DNA of 64,000 nucleotides from Blasia pusilla (Eukaryota): NCBI GenBank assembly GCA_050084515.1, contig CM114271.1, positions 36,766,001 to 36,830,000 of the forward strand, read 5' to 3'. Shown piece by piece: positions 58,330 to 64,000 of this stretch (position 1 is its first letter; each line of letters starts with the position of its first letter). The notes under the pieces were generated by a model. It saw only the letters and a program-made list of their open reading frames with translations, ran no database searches and was not told where the DNA came from. The position numbers and the translations under genes were made by a program.

Positions 58330-58683
58330 CAAGGTTGCATGTACACAAAGTCCTTGTCCGCAGACATGTCCATGTCCGTAAACTTACATTTGTATTATGG
58401 AAGGACTTTTCGATGTGAGGATCACCTTCCCATTCTTTCTCACATCCCCCGCCCCACCCTGCTCCCCCCTCCCTACTTACCTCCATATTCCGCACTTTCT
58501 TGTTTCTTCCTTCTTCCACCTCCACTCCCTCCCACCTTATTGCCCCTACCATCCCTACCTTGCCTTCCACCATAAGCTATAAGTATGGGCCCCACCTCTT
58601 GCAACCCATGTCTGTGGACATGTCCACACTTGTCCGTCCATGTCTGCCCTAAGGACGGACTAGTCTGTTTTTGTGCAACCATT
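58330..58683. mobile_element. hAT-like MITE
   Basis: CAAGGTTGCA...TGCAACCATT. Flanks ATCCAAAC/ATCCAAAT match at 7/8. Confidence 0.82.
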
Positions 58684-60109
58684 ATCCAAATTGTGGCTAA
58701 TGTCAATGTGTTTGGGTGCACATCACTAAGAAGAGCGTGACCTACTAAATATAAGCTTCCACAATATATGAGACCTCCTCCCCAAGATAACCAATTCTGC
58801 ACTCGAGTCTATTTTGGACAAGTAGCTTCCAACCTCTTTTTTATATTCTCAATAACTTGAAGAACAATTTTCTGCATGTTGTGATTCTGTAGGACTTTGA
58901 GTTTTGATCCCATTATTTTAACATCATAGCCCTACATAATTCAACCAAATTGTAAGCCTAAACTACTTTCGTGTAACTACTCGTGAAAATCTCCTCTCTT
59001 TCTTCATTTCCTATCTTGCTTGACTGCATTGTTTGGTTGAAGCTCGAATGGATTTGACCATTGGATGTATGTGAGAAACATCTGCGTACTATATTTATCT
59101 TCATGAGTTGTATCTTGTTAGAAGGTCATAGAAGCTGGATTATTGCTTTGGTTAGGAATTTCGTAGCATTATGCACCTAGTCTTGTATTGAAAATACAAT
59201 GTGCCCAAACATGAATTTCTCAACATATGTTAAGCCATAATCTACATGTGGGGAAGCACCCATCTTCTCACTCCTCACGCCCTTGGCTTCCTAGGGCCGC
59301 TCAAAGCAATCCCAATAAGGCTAGAAACCTTCGCACACGCATGTGAGTTCTTGCTCGATTTTATTTTGAATGAGACATCTTCTTTAAAATACACCCCAAA
59401 AAAAAGGAAATGTTCCTCTTTCTTCAAGTCATCACCCTATACCATAATCTCAAACGGACTACTTTCTTTGCTAAGCACCCAATTGGAAATTATGTTGACT
59501 TCCATAACCAAGATTGTGGCATTCACCATATTAGGTTGATTTGAACAACACTATTATTTTACATAATTGGCTTATTTGCAAAGTAGTAACCATATTCATT
59601 GACAACTCGTATGAAATACTCACCATTTTATCTAAATACTCATGATAAGATAAGAACCATGTAGTTTGATGGATTCATCCAAATTTGGTCATGAAGGTTG
59701 AGGACAATCGATAGTAACATATGCAATAGCTAGGAAGGCAACCTCCAAGCAGCTACTAGTTCCTTCTCTTTCTCCTGTCCTTTAATTCTCACTCACATGG
59801 TTGCCAGCAAATACAAGTCAAAATTACCATGAGTATGACATCTCAATAAGCCTTGGCACACCCCCTCGCTATCCTTAAAATACCAAAATTTGACCACACA
59901 ACGTTTTTTTCAAATGAATCAATTATTAAAAATAAGATAAACTAAAGAGAGTGGAAACATGAGGGGTCCTCTTTCCAAGTAAAATCTATGGTATAAAGCC
60001 ATGCGTCCCATATGTAAGGGGGATATGTGTGTAAATTCCAAATCATGAAAACAAATTCTATGCTATTCCACTCTAGACCAGCAAGTCCGACCAGCTGAGC
60101 ATAGGAGTG

Positions 60110-60232
60110 ACTCCCAACTATACCCAATACGCGTCTCCATCCAATTGTGTAGAATCAAGCGTCCACGCATTAAAAGAGACTCCCAACTATACCGAATGTA
60201 TATTCGTCTTCATCCAATTGTATAGGATCAAG
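60110..60232. repeat. About 52-bp imperfect tandem duplication
   Basis: GACTCCCAACTATACC...CATCCAATTGT.TAG.ATCAAG occurs twice. Confidence 0.7.
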
Positions 60233-61193
60233 GTGTGACTATAGTAGATATCTGCCAATCAACATCGATCTTCCAAACTCCATGTCTGCTTGATCAAAGA
60301 GAAGGAAAGGAGTTGTGCGTTTGGGAATAACCACATGGCAGGGACGGTGGGCGGAGTCTCATGTGCCTAAGTTTCCAGGTGTCACAATGGCAAGCAAGGT
60401 GTTGGCGGGTCACCAATGCATTCGAATACCCTTCTGCCTCATGAGCCCTACCTTTATGGATTTATTTCACGAGTTGCCAAAGGCGTGTGAATAACAATCT
60501 AATGAACCTTCACCACAATATGAAACTGTTTTCCGTTGACTACCCATGCAAATCGAATTAGGAATTAGGAATTAGAAATACGTAATTAGGAATTAGATAC
60601 TGATTATTTGGTAGTCTCCTCAGGGACATGCTTGATTTTGAATATTTCTTCTACTCACCTTATTATAAACCCTGCCGGTAAATAGTCGGAATTTAAGATA
60701 TAATTAAAACACATACCCGATGAGGAAATAAGACCGCCCAAAACATAGAAAGACAAGAGAACACGAAAAGAAAAGAGAAGATACTCTATGTATAAATATC
60801 AATTTCTCCATTCACTAGTTATTATGTTCTAATTGGTAACGACCCTCACTAAGTATTATTCGCATATAATCAAAACGCATGAATAGAGTCTAATACCACA
60901 GATTTTTCATCAAGGAAACTCTTCATTCTTGGAAAGATTGTTGGCATTGGGTCACTTCTCAGAGTACGTAGCCAGTTAAGTCTAAATAAACTGCGAAGTT
61001 CGTGACTAGGGTAACTCAGATCATCAGAACATGATGAAGCAAAATTACTAGACTACAAGTTAGGTCTGTTTAGTGCCCTAATGTGATAACGTGATGACAG
61101 GAAAAGATCTGCAAATGCCAACCCCATTACACCGTGTTTATCATATTTGACCTCCCTGGGTAAGAGAGTTTCAGTTGACGTGAGTACTAGGAT

Positions 61194-61432
61194 TAAACCT
61201 GCATATGAATCTCTTTACATATGAGGAAGTTCCACTTAACGGACTACCAGGGATTTGGCACCTCAGTTGGCGTAATTATTAAGAATTTCGCAAGGAACTC
61301 AAAACTGTAAACGTCAATTAGACTTAACCTACTATGGCACAGCATTGCTCCACTGAGGAAAATAAACCTGCATATGGATCTCTTTACATACGAGGAATGT
61401 TCCACCTAACAGACTACCACAAATTTGGCACC
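61194..61432. repeat. About 69-bp direct repeat (61194-61262 and 61363-61432)
   Basis: TAAACCTGCATATG.ATCTCTTTACATA.GAGGAA...GACTACCA...ATTTGGCACC occurs twice. Confidence 0.8.
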
Positions 61433-62242
61433 GGGGGCTGAAGGCACCATGACAAATGTGAATAGTAAATGCTTGAATCAATGATGGACCTTTCCGTTGT
61501 CCATAGTCAAACTCATCAGGTGTCTACCATTCCCCTGATCTCACTCCACACATGCACATTTCCTAGACACACATGAATGATGACTTTACACGACACAGAC
61601 AGGTCACATACAACTAAAACCAGGAGAGTGAGCCCACCCTGATAACCACCTGGAGCAAAATCCTAAGCCTCACTCTTCTGCTTGAACCTAGGGAGCAGAC
61701 AGGGCACACAGGAGTATGTGTGCGTATGTGGTCAGTCTTCCTTCAATAGAGTGCAATTTATAACAATTAACAGACCTCACCAACACACTGGCCCTAAACT
61801 AGTACTTAAAATCACCACTGACTAGAACCTGCTGAGTTCCAAGAGTTTCAGGGATATATCCGCCACTCAAATGAATGGAGGAGAAGGTATCTTCCACTGG
61901 TCCTTTCCAGCCTTGAATTTGAATTTATGAACAGAACCCTACAGTCACAGATCAATCCAATCCTCCACTATTGTAAGAGGCCAAGAGTTTCAACCCGTCC
62001 AAAGTCTGATGCTACAGTTCTCTTCCAAGAACTACACCTTTTGCTTTGAGCCAAAATAGCCTCCGAGGCACCCTTTGTATACAACATTCAACAGAGATCC
62101 ATAGCCTTTAGATTTATTGCCTAAAAACTCCCACATATACTCTTCCGCACAGTAGTCATGTCTTGCAGCAAAAGTACTGTTCTCAGTACTTAAAACGGTA
62201 CCAGCCAATAGAGAAACGCGTGCATAGTACAACCGCAAACAT

Positions 62243-62252
62243 CTTCCTTTTT

Positions 62253-62283
<31 letters not shown>

Positions 62284-62344
62284 CTTTTTTTTTTTTTTCT
62301 TTTCCTTTTTTTCTATGTTTCTTTCTTTCTTCTCTTTCCTTTTA
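62243..62344. repeat. Poly(T)/pyrimidine tract
   Basis: Directly visible. Confidence 0.95.
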
Positions 62345-64000
62345 TCATGCACTCGCCAACCTGCAAGAGACAGAGACTTAAAACCAATGTATGTGAAACA
62401 GTGAGTAAATCCCAAACTTTAATGCCCACTAAAGAGAGATAAACCAACCAGACACAAAAGGGAGATATTCGGAGAGATGTCCAAACATACAGAAGGCATC
62501 ACTATAACGCCAGATTTACTGAGCAAGACATTGTATCCTTACTGTGTCAAGGAGGAACTGTAGCTGGGCAGTTTCCTAATCCTGTCCTCCAGAACAGGTT
62601 GAACATAAACAATCCAGAGAAATACAATACCAGGAATCAGCCAGGAATCAACCTGATACAAAGAACCCATGCAAGTAGGTACACCCCACTTCACAGAAAG
62701 CATTTTTTGGAAACCCCAATTCACCCATGAATGCAAATGCTAACTACTTACTACAGTCAAATATGTAGAAACAACCAAACCACACTGGTAGCCCACCCCA
62801 CCTAATATCGTCCACTACCTACACCAAGACAAGATGGCCATGGTGGAGATTGCTATTGCTGACTATTTGCTATCACGACCCCATCCTGTTCAGACAATGA
62901 ATACTCTTCCTATGCACCCTACAGAAAGATGTTCCCTCGTCCAAATGCCAGCTACCCATCTAAAGACCTTTTCTTGATCAATAACAGCACACCCATTGAA
63001 AGACAATAGCATTCAAACTCTACAACTAGTTTCATAAATTTACCAGGTAGTATATAGGCACATCCCACATGACTAAACTTCAATCCTAGATCCTATACCC
63101 ATCTTATTCATCGCAGATCTACTATTTCCACTTTGATCACACACGACAACCAATTTCTTACAACCAAATTTGCATGCCTCTCAAAATATGCATTTGAAAT
63201 CTCACCTTACATACCACCTTTGTAGAAGAGCATCTCGGAGAACCATGCTCAACTCAAATTGTGGCGTGTTTTGTCCAAAACTCTAAAATCTCCACCAAAA
63301 CCTTAGATTCCAATTCTTGAACTAGAACACTAGGAGGAAACATGGAGATGGAAGATTTGGCGTTATAATGCCACTAGTTCAACAAAGTGTGCTCTGGCCA
63401 AAAGAACAAAACACCTCTTGAAAGCATTTCCAAGTGACCATCATCCAAGCTTGGCTCCCAACTCCACAACATGCTGCAACAATGCCTACTAAGCATGACA
63501 CAATGGAACTGAGCACTAAACTTGTAGCAAAACTTGGGATTTTCTGAGAAACTTCGAAAAAAATAATCAGTTTCTCCAAGGTGCAGTTGACAATCCTCCA
63601 CCTCAAACCCAATGAACGAGCCTTGTGACTGCCTTGGTACTCTTGTATCTACTCATGTCTACTCTTTCCTGAGATCTGCCAGCATTTAGGTCAATGACCA
63701 TCGAAGCCAGTGAATCATGAGTCAACAGACTAGAGCCTGAAACACTTTCAGAACAAGAAGGATGCATAATACAAGGTATTAGGGTAATGGGTAGAGCTTC
63801 ATGATCATGCCCAGGATGCAGATGAGCCGAAGTAGACAATCAGCAGTTTACATTCTACTTTTCTACCACCACCAATGCAAGGTACTAGGGTGATAACCAT
63901 CAATCTTGGGCAAGTGCCTAATAATAAGGCCTATATCGCATAGGCCTCCTGAACCTTGGCACTTTCCTGTACACAGAATCCATCAGAAAAACAATTACTC

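Noticed and set aside
60555-60597. AATTAGG repeats resembling telomeric sequence
   Set aside because: Only a few imperfect units, and not TTTAGGG.
62032-62415. Lys-rich ORF, or a LINE poly(A) tail on the - strand
   Set aside because: The ORF derives from the T tract, and I found no endonuclease or RT motifs in 62400-64000.
59900-64000. Possible UTR or intron of a neighbouring gene
   Set aside because: No coding exons could be assembled.

Overview
Repeat-dense eukaryotic window, most likely from a non-seed land plant (inferred from the gene and transposon types; not provable here). It contains one intact host gene, a 10-exon thermospermine synthase (ACL5-like, 35564-38756, +, 378 aa by my exon assembly), in a CpG-rich island among decayed transposons. 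The main discovery is a Ty3/gypsy retrotransposon family whose polyprotein reads gag(CCHC x2)-protease-DNMT3-like C5 cytosine methyltransferase-RT-RNaseH-integrase-PHD finger. The most complete copy is at about 44572-54775 (-), with further copies at 685-1388, 1389-5240 and 42226-57080. All copies are degenerate, but two of them together restore the catalytic G-W-P-C-Q-G motif. Also present: two head-to-head Ty1/copia elements whose LTRs and target-site duplication indicate a recombinational inversion that swapped their 5' LTRs; seven copies of a hAT-like MITE family with 8-bp TSDs; a probable Helitron 3' end; and a (CA)~122 microsatellite. All coordinates and translations were read by eye.
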